From Myxococcota bacterium (GTDB lineage: Bacteria; Myxococcota_A; Polyangia; HGW-17), in assembly GCA_036802685.1 (NCBI GenBank), contig DAIRVS010000004.1, forward strand, positions 2,651 through 66,650: a stretch of 64,000 nucleotides of DNA, written 5' to 3'. The position numbers were made by a program, and so were the translations under genes. A model generated the notes under the pieces. That model saw only the letters and a list, made by a program, of their open reading frames with translations. It made no database searches and had not been told where the DNA came from. Of this stretch, positions 1 through 11,139 are shown piece after piece; positions within the stretch are counted from its first letter, which is position 1; each line of letters starts with the position of its first letter.

Positions 1-1560
1 GTGAAACTGGCGTTCCCCGAGGGCGTGCGCCAGGTGGCCCCCGCGAAGACCGAGACGATCTGGCCCGGCGAGGAGCTGGTGGTGGCCATGCGCACCCCGG
101 CGACACTGGTGGAGGGCCCCCTGGTGCTCACGGGCCAGCTCGAGGGCGTGGACTTCCGCCGCGAGTACCAGGTGAAGCTGGACCCGGTGGCGGCCGCGGG
201 CAACGCCTTCGTGCCGCGGATCTGGGCCCAGGGGCGCATCGACGACCTCCAGGAGCAGGACGGCGGCCCCGACACGGTGAAGGAGATCGTCGCGATCTCG
301 AAGGACCACCATGTCCTGTCGCGCCACACCAGCCTGCTGGTGCTCGAGAGCCCGGCCATGGCCAAGGCCTTCGGCGTGAAGGACACGCGCCCGGCCGTGG
401 ACTGGACGGGGACCGAGGAGAGCCACGAGGCCGAGGTGTCCGGTCCTCCGGGGCTTCTGGGCAAGAACGCCGCGGGACGGGCCGAGGACATGATGGCCGG
501 CGCCGGGGCACCCCTCCCCTCGATGTCGGCGCCGCCGGCGGCGAAGATGTCCCGCATCGCGGCCGACGAGGAGATGGTGCCCATGGAGATGTCCCGCAGC
601 CGCCGGGGTCGCCGGATGATCCGGATGCGCAAGGAGTGGTACCGGGTGGCCGCGGTGAGCGTGGCGGCGGACTCGGCCGCGGCGGACTGGACCGAGGTGC
701 AGAAGCGCCGGGCGGCGTTGCTGGAGAAGCCCGAGAGCCGCGACCGTCTCCAGGCGCTGGTGCGCCAGTTGATCCAGGCCGGCTCCACCGAGGAGGCCGG
801 GAAGCTCGCCGCCCAGTGGCTGGCCAAGGACGCCATGGATGCCGAGGCCCTGGTGGTGCAAGCCGAGCTGGCCCTGCTGGCCGGCGAGGCCGACCGGGCG
901 GTGGAGTGGCTCGAGAGCGCGATCGACGCGAACCCGGGCGCAGAGGCCGCCCACGACCGCCTGTTCGGGACCTGGCGCGCCCTGGGCGACTTCCAGATGA
1001 TGTGTGCCCACGCGGTGCCCCGCGCCCTGTCGGCGCCGAAGAACTGGGAGCACCAGGTCGCCGCGGTGCAGTGCACGCAGGACTCCGCCCGCTTCCTCGC
1101 CGGACTCTCCGCCGGGGTGCGCGCCCAGGCCGAGCGGAAATTGAAGGAGGAGGCGAAGCCGACCCTGCGCCGCGACTCCCTGACCCTCGAGGCCACGTGG
1201 GAGGGCGACGCCCAGCTCGATCTGGTGGTGATCACCCCGGAGGGGCGCGTGGTCTCCTTCGCCGGCGGCGCCCGCCGCGTGGACGTCCAGTCCGCGCAGT
1301 CCCGGGTGACCGAGCAGCTCTCGAGCTCCATGGAGCGGCGCGGTCGCTACCAGATCTTCGTGGTGCCCCGCCGTCCCGGCGCCGGCTCGAAGAAGGCCGC
1401 CGGCCCGTCGACGGACCAGGCCACCGGCCAGGTGAAGATCACCTCCTACAACGCGCTGCGGACCCTCCGTTTCACCGCCGGGACCGCCCCCGTGCGGGTG
1501 GCCGACGTGGTCGTCTCGTCCAAGTTCCGCCTGGTCCCCGCCGATCCCGGTTGGGAATGA
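1..1560 (+). CDS. C-terminal part of a large multidomain protein, 5'-truncated by the window edge; VIT/vWA-associated-like region followed by TPR-like helical repeats
   Basis: ORF runs in frame from position 1 to the TGA at 1558-1560; Ala/Leu-rich helical repeats (LAAQWLAKDAMDAEALVVQAELALLAG...) look TPR-like; the upstream segment resembles the C-terminal part of VIT/vWA proteins; typical GC3-rich codon usage. Confidence 0.5.
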   Translation: MKLAFPEGVRQVAPAKTETIWPGEELVVAMRTPATLVEGPLVLTGQLEGVDFRREYQVKLDPVAAAGNAFVPRIWAQGRIDDLQEQDGGPDTVKEIVAISKDHHVLSRHTSLLVLESPAMAKAFGVKDTRPAVDWTGTEESHEAEVSGPPGLLGKNAAGRAEDMMAGAGAPLPSMSAPPAAKMSRIAADEEMVPMEMSRSRRGRRMIRMRKEWYRVAAVSVAADSAAADWTEVQKRRAALLEKPESRDRLQALVRQLIQAGSTEEAGKLAAQWLAKDAMDAEALVVQAELALLAGEADRAVEWLESAIDANPGAEAAHDRLFGTWRALGDFQMMCAHAVPRALSAPKNWEHQVAAVQCTQDSARFLAGLSAGVRAQAERKLKEEAKPTLRRDSLTLEATWEGDAQLDLVVITPEGRVVSFAGGARRVDVQSAQSRVTEQLSSSMERRGRYQIFVVPRRPGAGSKKAAGPSTDQATGQVKITSYNALRTLRFTAGTAPVRVADVVVSSKFRLVPADPGWE

Positions 1561-1633
1561 CCAGGAAAATGGACGCCCTCCAACCCGTGTCACACCCTCG
1601 AAAACCCCGGTTTTTCGCAATCCTTGTTCCAGG

Positions 1634-3103
1634 GTGCAGAAGGTGGAGGTCGTCAACGGTCTGGGCGCCTTGTTTCTCAACGAGGACTCCCGAATCGAGT
1701 TCTTCTCGAACCCCATCACGGAATACACGTGGAACCCGGACGGCAAGGGTTTCACGACTACCTGCAGGAGCCTCCCGGGAGAGCCCGGGACCCGGTGGAA
1801 GACCGTCGGGATGGTTCGGGACCAGCTCCCTGACCCCGGACCCGGGAAGACCGCCGCCGCCCCGGAGGAAGAGGCCGAGGTCACCCGGGAAAAGTGGACC
1901 GAGGACGCGAACGGTTTCATCAAGACAATCCGGTATTTCGACGCGAAGAATCAGCCACAAAAAGATCCTTGGGACGTGTTCGGCCGTCAGTACGAGCGCA
2001 ACGAACAGGGTCTGGTCCTGGCAGAGATGCCTTTGGATGCGCAGGGAAAACCGACCTCGCTGAAGAATGGGGTCGTCAAGTATACCTATGTTTACGACAC
2101 CGCGGGCAACCTCCTGACCGCGGGCGCCCAGGACGCCGCAGGAAAGCCGTTGCCGCCTAAGTATGTTTATTCCTCGAAGCGGTCCTGGGACGCGGTGGGC
2201 AATCTGGTGGGCGAGGTCTATCTGGATCTGGAGGGGAAGCCGGCCAAGGGGCGCGGCGGCCTCGGTGGCTGGAAGGCCAGGTATGACAACTCCGGAAACA
2301 TGACGGAGAAGCGCTTCTTCGATGTGGAGGGAAAGCCTGTCCTCTCCGACGATTCCATCGGTGGGGAGAAGTATGTGTCGGACGCGACGGGTCGACGGGT
2401 CGAGATCTGGAATCTGGGGCTCGACGGCAAGCCGATCCGAGGTCTCGACGGCTTTGCCGCCCGCAGGTTTTCCCGGGATGTCCCAAACCGGGTCGAGGAG
2501 ATCCGCTATCTGGATGTTCAGGGAAAACCCTGTGTAAACAAAGAAGGAGTCGCGCGGGTCAAAAAGAAGGAATCCCAGGACGGCCTGGTCTCGGAGGAGT
2601 GGTTCTACGGCCTCGACGATCGGCCGACCCTGAACGCCGAGGGCGTCCACGGAATCGTCGATACCATGGACGACAAGAGCCGGACGATGCAGACTTGCCA
2701 CTTTGGAACGGACGGGAAAAAGAAGGCAAATAATAATAATGTGGCTTGTAAAAAAATCATATTAGATAAAAATAATAATTTAATTGAAGAATGGTATTAT
2801 AATGTCAAAGGTGGTCTCGTGCTTCATCAAGAGGAGGGCGTCGCCGGCTGGAAGGCCAAATACGACCGATTCGGAAACCAGGTGGAGAGGTGGTACTACG
2901 GGACCAAAATGGAGCTCGTGATGCACCAGGAGGAGCATCTTGCCGGCACCGTATCGACCTACGATGCCCAGGGCGACTTCGTGGACATGAAGAAGTACGA
3001 CGAGAACCGCAAACCCATCGCCGACCCCGCCGAGGACGAATGGAATGATCCCGGGGACACGGGAGATGACGATCCTTCCACGGAAGTGAAGGAATGGGAT
3101 TGA
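1634..3103 (+). CDS. YD/Rhs-like repeat protein with multiple ~22-aa Y-x-Y-D-x-x-G-N-x repeats; the GTG start is uncertain
   Basis: Recurring motifs KYTYVYDTAGNLL, KARYDNSGNMTEKRFFDVEGKP, KAKYDRFGNQVERWYYG match the YD-repeat consensus (YxYDxxGRL); no signal peptide and no obvious SD; one repeat unit (2719-2810) is encoded by AT-rich DNA. Confidence 0.55.
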   Translation: MQKVEVVNGLGALFLNEDSRIEFFSNPITEYTWNPDGKGFTTTCRSLPGEPGTRWKTVGMVRDQLPDPGPGKTAAAPEEEAEVTREKWTEDANGFIKTIRYFDAKNQPQKDPWDVFGRQYERNEQGLVLAEMPLDAQGKPTSLKNGVVKYTYVYDTAGNLLTAGAQDAAGKPLPPKYVYSSKRSWDAVGNLVGEVYLDLEGKPAKGRGGLGGWKARYDNSGNMTEKRFFDVEGKPVLSDDSIGGEKYVSDATGRRVEIWNLGLDGKPIRGLDGFAARRFSRDVPNRVEEIRYLDVQGKPCVNKEGVARVKKKESQDGLVSEEWFYGLDDRPTLNAEGVHGIVDTMDDKSRTMQTCHFGTDGKKKANNNNVACKKIILDKNNNLIEEWYYNVKGGLVLHQEEGVAGWKAKYDRFGNQVERWYYGTKMELVMHQEEHLAGTVSTYDAQGDFVDMKKYDENRKPIADPAEDEWNDPGDTGDDDPSTEVKEWD

Positions 3104-3175
3104 TTCCCCGGGCATGAACCCTTCGTCGTCATGTGATGGTTCGAACCTCGACTGCGCCGATTCGACTCGACCGGT

Positions 3176-4039
3176 TCACCCCTGGGCGGCGAACTCCGCG
3201 CGGAGCTGGTCCACGCGCTGCCGGAAGCGGGCGGCGGTGGCGCCGTGGATCAGGATGTTGGCCAGGAGGACCTTCTCCTCGGTGGAGGGGTTCCCGTCCT
3301 TGTCCACCACGTCCTGGGTGTGGATCAGGTTGACCACGTGCAGCTCGGCACAGCCCGCGCAGGAGGCCAGTTCGATCTGCAGCGAGGGGGTCGTGCCGGC
3401 CAGCCGCAGGTGGTCCACCCAGACGTCGGAGCCCGCGGCCAGGGCCGTGGCGATGGCCTCCAGCGGGGCCAGGTCGAAGAACATGGCCACCCGCTCGCGC
3501 TCCACCCACTTCTGGCACTTCTCGCAGAACACGCGCTCCTTGAGGAAGGTCCACCACGCGAACACGAAGATCCCGAGGTAGGCGACGGCCTCGACGGCGA
3601 GCAGGAGGCCGTAGAACGTGCCCTTGACCTGGTTGCGCTTGAGCGTGAACCAGCCGACCTTCACCAGCTCCTTCACGAGGTCGATCACATAGGACGGGTC
3701 GGTGAGCATCTTCAGGTATTCCAGTTCATGCCGGGAGATCACGAACAGGAAGGTCACCCAGAACACGAACAGGGTGAGGACGCCGGCGAGCAGCATGGCC
3801 ACCAGGGAGGCGGCCCGGCTGCGGTTGCGCCCCAGGGACTCGCCGAAGACGTAGGCGCCGGCCACCGCGAACACGGCGCCGAAACTGATCAGGAAGTTGA
3901 CGTACACGAACGGGATGTACCGCACGGCGTACGCGTAGACGAACGAGATCGGGAACATGGCGGCAACGGCCAGGGCGAGGCCGAGGCCGACCCCCTTGGG
4001 ATCGAAGGTGCCGGTGGGTCGATAGGTGTGGTCCTGCAT
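3176..4039 (-). CDS. integral membrane protein (about 5 TM helices) with a C-terminal cytoplasmic CxxC...CxxC zinc-ribbon-like domain
   Basis: Hydrophobic segments over the N-terminal 170 aa; CEKCQKW...CAGCAEL pair of CxxC motifs; AGGAGG SD 6 nt upstream of the ATG; strong sigma70-like promoter upstream. Confidence 0.6.
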   Translation of the reverse strand: MQDHTYRPTGTFDPKGVGLGLALAVAAMFPISFVYAYAVRYIPFVYVNFLISFGAVFAVAGAYVFGESLGRNRSRAASLVAMLLAGVLTLFVFWVTFLFVISRHELEYLKMLTDPSYVIDLVKELVKVGWFTLKRNQVKGTFYGLLLAVEAVAYLGIFVFAWWTFLKERVFCEKCQKWVERERVAMFFDLAPLEAIATALAAGSDVWVDHLRLAGTTPSLQIELASCAGCAELHVVNLIHTQDVVDKDGNPSTEEKVLLANILIHGATAARFRQRVDQLRAEFAAQG

Positions 4040-4078
4040 GTACTGTTTCCTCCTGTCGCGCCGGGGGCGCAGGGGAGG

Positions 4079-4107
4079 AATCTATGCAGGACCGGGAAAA
4101 TGGTCAA
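4079..4107 (-). promoter_or_regulatory. sigma70-like promoter for the 3176-4039 gene: -35 TTGACC, 17-nt spacer, -10 TAGAAT
   Basis: Minus-strand reading TTGACC-attttcccggtcctgca-TAGAAT, followed by the AGGAGG SD and the ATG at 4039; sits in a short AT-rich intergenic patch. Confidence 0.45.
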
Positions 4108-4115
4108 TAATATTT

Positions 4116-4676
4116 TTAAGTGGGGATCGAGAGGACGTACCAGCGGCCGCCCACGTTCACCAGGGTGGCCTCGTCCTCGCCGTCGTCGAGCTTCCCGTTG
4201 AACTCGATTTTCATGTAGATCTTGATCCACAGTTCCTCGTCTTTGGATTTCTTGCCCACCAGGCGCACCTCGAGGTACTTCCAGTCCTTCGAGTGGTCGA
4301 GCTTGCGGTTCAGGCGGTCGAGGTCCCCCTTGCCGAAAGCGGGGTTCTTCCCGTCGGCCAGGGCGGCGCGCCAGGCGTCGTCTCCGCGCATCTTCGAGGC
4401 ATAGAAGGACAAGAGCGCACCCTCGGGGGTGTCGAAGCCCGGCGTGAAGCCGGCGGCGGTGGCGGGGGTGAGGGAGGGGGCGTCGACGTAACGTTCCCAG
4501 CCGTCGTCGCCGGGCTCGGTCTTCGGCGGCGTCCAGGCTGCGGCGGTGGGGCCGGGGGGCGTGACGACGGTCGCCTCCCGGGGCGGCGGCGTGTCGTTCT
4601 TCGGGACGTGAGCCTCCTTCTGATTCGTGCAGGCCGCGAGGGCGGGAAACAGGATCCAGAGCAGGACAGATTTCAT
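4116..4676 (-). CDS. lipoprotein of unknown function
   Basis: N-terminus MKSVLLWILFPALAAC carries a lipobox (LAAC); Pro/Thr-rich linker; no recognised catalytic motif. Confidence 0.6.
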   Translation of the reverse strand: MKSVLLWILFPALAACTNQKEAHVPKNDTPPPREATVVTPPGPTAAAWTPPKTEPGDDGWERYVDAPSLTPATAAGFTPGFDTPEGALLSFYASKMRGDDAWRAALADGKNPAFGKGDLDRLNRKLDHSKDWKYLEVRLVGKKSKDEELWIKIYMKIEFNGKLDDGEDEATLVNVGGRWYVLSIPT

Positions 4677-4724
4677 GGTTCACCTCCCGGGGTCACTCCC
4701 CGACGGGGTCATTCCCCGACTGTG

Positions 4725-5825
4725 TCACTCCCCGACGTCCACCATCCGCACGGCGTGGGTGCGGGCGACAGGATCCACGTCCACGATCAGGTAATGGCGG
4801 CCGACGCCGTCCCAGCGCATGGGCCAGCCGCCGCCGCCGCCGGAGAGGTGGCACTCGACGCCGCCCAAGTTGTATTTCACGTAGGTGTGGACGTGGCCGA
4901 AGAAGGCGAGATCCACGCCGTCCCGGGCGAATCGGGCGATGAGCGCGGCCGCCTCCTTGCGGCTCGAGAAGGCGCCGTTGCGCACACCGTTGGGGTCCAC
5001 CGGCGGGATATGCGTGACGAAGGCGTGCCAGCGGTCACGGGCGTCGTCGAGCCACCCGTCGAGCCAGGTGTTGACGGTCGGATCCATGGTGGCCGAGGCC
5101 GAGTCCACGAACGAGAAGGCCGCCCCCCGGAAGGAGAAGTGGAACGAGTGCCGTCCCACGTGGTGGTGCCAGACCATCTCGTCGCCGATGGCCACGTCGT
5201 GGTTCCCGCAGGTGGAATAGAAGGGCACGTTCAGGCCCTCGAGGGCCTGGCGGATTCGGGCGTACTCCTCGGGGCTCCCGTTGTCGGTGAGGTCCCCGGC
5301 CGAGACGACGAACCGCACGTCGGGTTCGTCGTTGAGGCGTCCGGTCAGGTCCTGGATCCGCCCGATCCCCTCCTGGATGTCCGAGAGCACGGCGAACCGG
5401 AACGGCCCGGTGACGTCGGCGTCGGGGGGTGCGAGGCGCACCACCGTGATGGCGCCCGGCGGCAGCGTCAGGCGCCAGCGCTTCTCCGTGGGGAGGCCGG
5501 CGGGCAGCGCCAGCGCAGTGGCGTCGGCGGTGGCGAGGGTGAGCACGGCGTCGGCGGGGAGGTTCCGCACGGTGAGCTCCCAGTCCGTGACGGCGTCTTC
5601 CCCCACTTCGAGGGTGAGCTCCTGGGTCGGCGCGTTGCACCACAGGTCCAGACGCCCTGGCTCCAGAGTGTCCACGATGGCCAGTCCATCGCGCACGACG
5701 AGGGTCACGCCGCCGGCAGCCCCGCGCCCCAGGGTCAGGTCCAGGCGGGCGCGCTCCCCGGGGCCGTCGGAGCAGGCCGCGAACAGGGAAAGGAGGAGGA
5801 GAGAAAGAAGGATAAGCCGCGTCAT
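4725..5825 (-). CDS. calcineurin-like metallophosphoesterase, lipoprotein
   Basis: Lipobox LFAAC; phosphoesterase signature motifs (FAVLSDIQEG, GDLTDNG, GNHD, GHVH); stop overlaps the start of the next gene. Confidence 0.75.
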   Translation of the reverse strand: MTRLILLSLLLLSLFAACSDGPGERARLDLTLGRGAAGGVTLVVRDGLAIVDTLEPGRLDLWCNAPTQELTLEVGEDAVTDWELTVRNLPADAVLTLATADATALALPAGLPTEKRWRLTLPPGAITVVRLAPPDADVTGPFRFAVLSDIQEGIGRIQDLTGRLNDEPDVRFVVSAGDLTDNGSPEEYARIRQALEGLNVPFYSTCGNHDVAIGDEMVWHHHVGRHSFHFSFRGAAFSFVDSASATMDPTVNTWLDGWLDDARDRWHAFVTHIPPVDPNGVRNGAFSSRKEAAALIARFARDGVDLAFFGHVHTYVKYNLGGVECHLSGGGGGWPMRWDGVGRHYLIVDVDPVARTHAVRMVDVGE

Positions 5826-5826
5826 G

Positions 5827-6965
5827 TCAGTACCGGAACACCGCGCCCAGGGTCACCCGGGTGGCGGACCCGCGCTCGGCGGCGGCCTCGAGCCCCCAGT
5901 GCCGGGAGAAGAAGTACCGCCCGCCCACGCCGAAGAAGCCCAGCACGCCCTGCAGGCCGCCGGCCCAGTCGTCGTGGCGGTGGCTGTAATAAAATTTGAG
6001 CTCTCCCCCGCGACCGGGTTCGCCGTCGGTGACGGGATGACCCAGGTACAGCCCGTAGGCCACCTCGACGAGCAGGTTCTGGGCGAGGTCGGGTTTCGTG
6101 GTCACCCCATCGTAGGCCGTGCGCTCGAGGCCCCAGCCGATGCCCAGCTCGGCGAAGGCGCCCGAGAGAGACGGGTGGATCCGTCGCAGATCCAGACGAC
6201 CGAGCGCGAGGGCTTCGGGGGTGAGCACAGTGAAGCCCTCGGGGACGAAGGCGTGCCGGGAAAGGGCGACCGAGAGCTCGAAAAAGGTGCCGTCCGTGGT
6301 CGGCGCACCGCCTGGGCGTGGCCCGAACGGGCGCCAGGCGAGTGCGCCGCGCAGCCGCGTGTTGCCGTCGGCCGGGGCGTGGAAGAAATCGCCGGCCGCG
6401 CGGAATTGGTGGAGGCGGGCGACGACGCCGGGGTTCCAGAAGTGGTCGTATCCGAAGTGCGGATCGGAGACGTGCATCCAGCGGGAGGCCAGCTCGATCG
6501 CGGGGGCCGAGCGGGCTGGCGACCCGGGGGGCCGCCCCGAGAACAAGGCGCCGGTGAGGTCCATGAGGGTGGCGAGGGCGAACAGGCCGAAGCCGCCCAC
6601 GGTGACGGGATAGGCCGCGTGCATCACCTGATCGGCGGCGTTGCTGTAGAGGATGGGCGCGAACCCCAGGGCGAACAGGGCGAGCCCCGCGCCCTTGTAA
6701 AGGAGCATCTTCTTCGCGCCGGCGCGGTCGCCGATCATCCAGTGGCCGCCCCCGGGGACGAGCATGCCGGGGACGAGGGAGAGCGCGGCGCCGGCGGCCC
6801 GGCGTGCGACGGAAGGGACTTCCGGTGCGGCGGAATCGCCGGGGGCGGCGACGGGATCGCCGGTGGCCAACAGCGCGCAGAAAAGGGAGATCAGCGTCAG
6901 GTTCACGGGGGTCCTCGCGGGTCGCGCCGCGCGCGACTCACTCGAAGTGAAGCGAAACCCGGTCA
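5827..6965 (-). CDS. hypothetical exported protein, possibly an outer-membrane beta-barrel (C-terminal ...VTLGAVFRY)
   Basis: C-terminus has alternating hydrophobics and an aromatic final residue, typical of OMPs; the N-terminal region is hydrophobic; start is ambiguous (ORF extends to 7002). Confidence 0.45.
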
Positions 6966-7089
6966 TGAAGGCAAGCTGTTTCGTGTCTCCGGTCACGCGC
7001 ACGCCGGGTTTTTACAGGTGTTCCGTGGCCGACCCCTGGCCTCAGGAAGTCGCGCGTGATAGACCTTGGAACAGGAGGACCTGGAAGCC

Positions 7090-7605
7090 ATGCGAGCCCA
7101 CCTCATCCTGATCGCCCTTCTGGCGGCGCTGTCGGCGTCGGGTCCCGGGTGCGCGCGGGTCACCACGAGCACCGTGCGCCCATCCGCCGCGCCGCTGGCC
7201 GCCGGCGCCTTCGTGCTGCTGGTGGTCGACAACCCGTTCCCCTCCCGCGACGGTAGCGAACGGGCGGCGGACGATCTGATCCGGGGTGTGGCGCGCCGGC
7301 TCTCTCGCGCCGGGGTTCAGGTGCGGGTGTCCCGGACCGTCCCGCCCGAGTACGCCGGGCAGCCGTGCGTGGTGCTCCAACTCGAGCGCTTTCGCCACGT
7401 GCGCCCCAAGGACCGCCTGTGGATGGGCGGCCTCGCCGGCCGCGCCGAGCTCGCCGTGCGGGTGCGCGTCTACGACCCCGGGGTGGCCGAGCCCGCCGCC
7501 GAGGCCCTCGTGGACAGCCGGACGGGCACCCACGGCCTCGCGGGCACCGACGACGAGGCCGTCGAGGCGGCAGTCGAGCGGGTCTCCGCGTTCCTGTTGA
7601 AATAG
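7090..7605 (+). CDS. lipoprotein of unknown function
   Basis: MRAHLILIALLAALSASGPGC signal peptide with lipobox; the ORF could start at 7066 instead. Confidence 0.55.
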   Translation: MRAHLILIALLAALSASGPGCARVTTSTVRPSAAPLAAGAFVLLVVDNPFPSRDGSERAADDLIRGVARRLSRAGVQVRVSRTVPPEYAGQPCVVLQLERFRHVRPKDRLWMGGLAGRAELAVRVRVYDPGVAEPAAEALVDSRTGTHGLAGTDDEAVEAAVERVSAFLLK

Positions 7606-7853
7606 CGCCCCAGAATTATTGATATATAGCTCAATATTTTCCCGAATTCACCGCTTGCATCCGGCTTCGCGCGCGGTACAACAAGTGCAGGGACGGCAGA
7701 AACTGTACAAGGTTTTTTGGTAGGTCGCTTTTTGGGTAGGCGCTCGCGTTTTCAGTAGGCCGATGTGGCGTGTTGTAGCGTTCGAGTCCTGGAGTTGTCG
7801 ATTTCCGTCGTACAGCGCCGAAAAGATTCTCCTCCTGCCGTCCCCCTTCTTTT

Positions 7854-9824
<1,971 letters not shown>

Positions 9825-9941
9825 ACAGAATGCCCCCCGTTTCTTCAAGGGTTTTTCCGATCTTTTTCACGGCGGTTTTTCGCTTTATCGCGCCCCGGAA
9901 CTGGTGTAGATTGAGGCGCCTTTCGGGGATGAATAGGACGC

Positions 9942-11120
9942 ATGGGCACACTCTTCACAATCATGGTCGCCACGCTGGTGTTGAACGCGGATCCGCAACT
10001 GGAGCGCCTGCAGGTGAAGCTGCAGCCGCCCCAGACGACCTCGGCGGCCGAGCTCGCCGCGATCATGGCCATGGCCCCCCAGGCGAAACTGGTGCGCGCC
10101 GAGGGGCACGTGAACGTGCAGGCTTTTTTGGACTCGTCCAGCCACTGGAGCGCCGACGACGGGAACATCTACTTCACCGAGTGGAAGAGCACTCCCCGGG
10201 GATCGGGCTGGCGCGTCCGGGCACTGTTGGATAGTAAATATTTATATAATACCCATATATTCCTGCCGGCCGACTCCTCCCAGATCGGGCTCAACCCCGA
10301 CGGCTCCATGGTGATCCTGCGCGGCAACAAGGCGGTGACCTACTCCCCACGCGGCCGGCTGCTGCGCACGGCGGCGCTGCCGTTTTCCCGCAACCTCGAG
10401 GGGATCCACGCGGTGGGCAACGGGGAGCTCCTCCTGTGGTCCCGCGGCACCATCTATTACCAGAAGGCCGACGGCACCCTCGCCTGGCGGCAGATCCTCG
10501 ACGCCGGCGCCAAGAACGCGCAGTACTACGGCGTGGCCCCCTACTTCGCGCTGGAGTTGAACAACGGGGTCATCGAGGCGCGGCGCTGGTCCGACGGCCG
10601 TCGCGCCTGGTCCCACCGCCTGTTCGCGCCGGGCAACCAGACCAGCTACTACGGCTTCCTCGCCGACGGCAGTTTCCTGATCCTCAAGGGCTACCAGGAG
10701 GCCCACGTGATCGCCCCCGACGGGCGCATCCGGGCCGTCCACCGGTTCGCCCACCGCGTGCAGCAATTGTTCCTGCACCAGTTCCGGATGGGGATGTACT
10801 GCTTCGTGGACAACAACCGCCTGGGGTACTTCAACCTCGAGACCGGCCGCATGGAGTGGCTCGCCGAGCTGGGGAGCCCGCCGCAGACGCCGGGCCGGAT
10901 GTACAACGAGTTTCTGACCTTCCAGTTGCAGAACCGGCTGGTCGCCTTCGAGGCCGGCGGCCGGGTCCTCTGGTCGGTGCGCCTGCCCATCTCGCCCTAC
11001 GTGCGGGACCCGTCGAACTACCGCAACCCCTACACCATGATCCGCATGCCGGGCGGCAACCTGGCGGTGGTCTCCCAGGCCGGGGTCTATTTCGTCTATC
11101 CACCCGCCCGATCGCATTGA
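9942..11120 (+). CDS. hypothetical protein, possible beta-propeller (PQQ/BamB-like repeats)
   Basis: Repeated W/Y-rich beta-strand-like segments; first gene of a same-strand group of three; short or no leader. Confidence 0.5.
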   Translation: MGTLFTIMVATLVLNADPQLERLQVKLQPPQTTSAAELAAIMAMAPQAKLVRAEGHVNVQAFLDSSSHWSADDGNIYFTEWKSTPRGSGWRVRALLDSKYLYNTHIFLPADSSQIGLNPDGSMVILRGNKAVTYSPRGRLLRTAALPFSRNLEGIHAVGNGELLLWSRGTIYYQKADGTLAWRQILDAGAKNAQYYGVAPYFALELNNGVIEARRWSDGRRAWSHRLFAPGNQTSYYGFLADGSFLILKGYQEAHVIAPDGRIRAVHRFAHRVQQLFLHQFRMGMYCFVDNNRLGYFNLETGRMEWLAELGSPPQTPGRMYNEFLTFQLQNRLVAFEAGGRVLWSVRLPISPYVRDPSNYRNPYTMIRMPGGNLAVVSQAGVYFVYPPARSH

Positions 11121-11139
11121 TCTCACAGGAGCAGTATCC

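Noticed and set aside
1560-1634. Intrinsic terminator after the first partial gene (cgaaaaccccggtttttcg)
   Set aside because: The stem is short and A/T-rich, and the T-run is part of the stem, so the support is weak.
636-2063. Long ORFs antisense to or overlapping the called genes (for example 636-2063 +, 1472-2701 -, 3245-4201 +, 4026-5999 +, 8082-9914 +, 10831-12825 -, 15018-16673 -, 17372-20779 -, 21315-23285 -, 23328-24920 -, 34152-35747 +, 39358-39882 -, 48928-50889 -)
   Set aside because: These are typical shadow ORFs of a high-GC genome. Their translations are Arg/Gly/Pro/Ala-rich low complexity with no SD. Each overlaps a gene on the other strand or frame that has clear family motifs.
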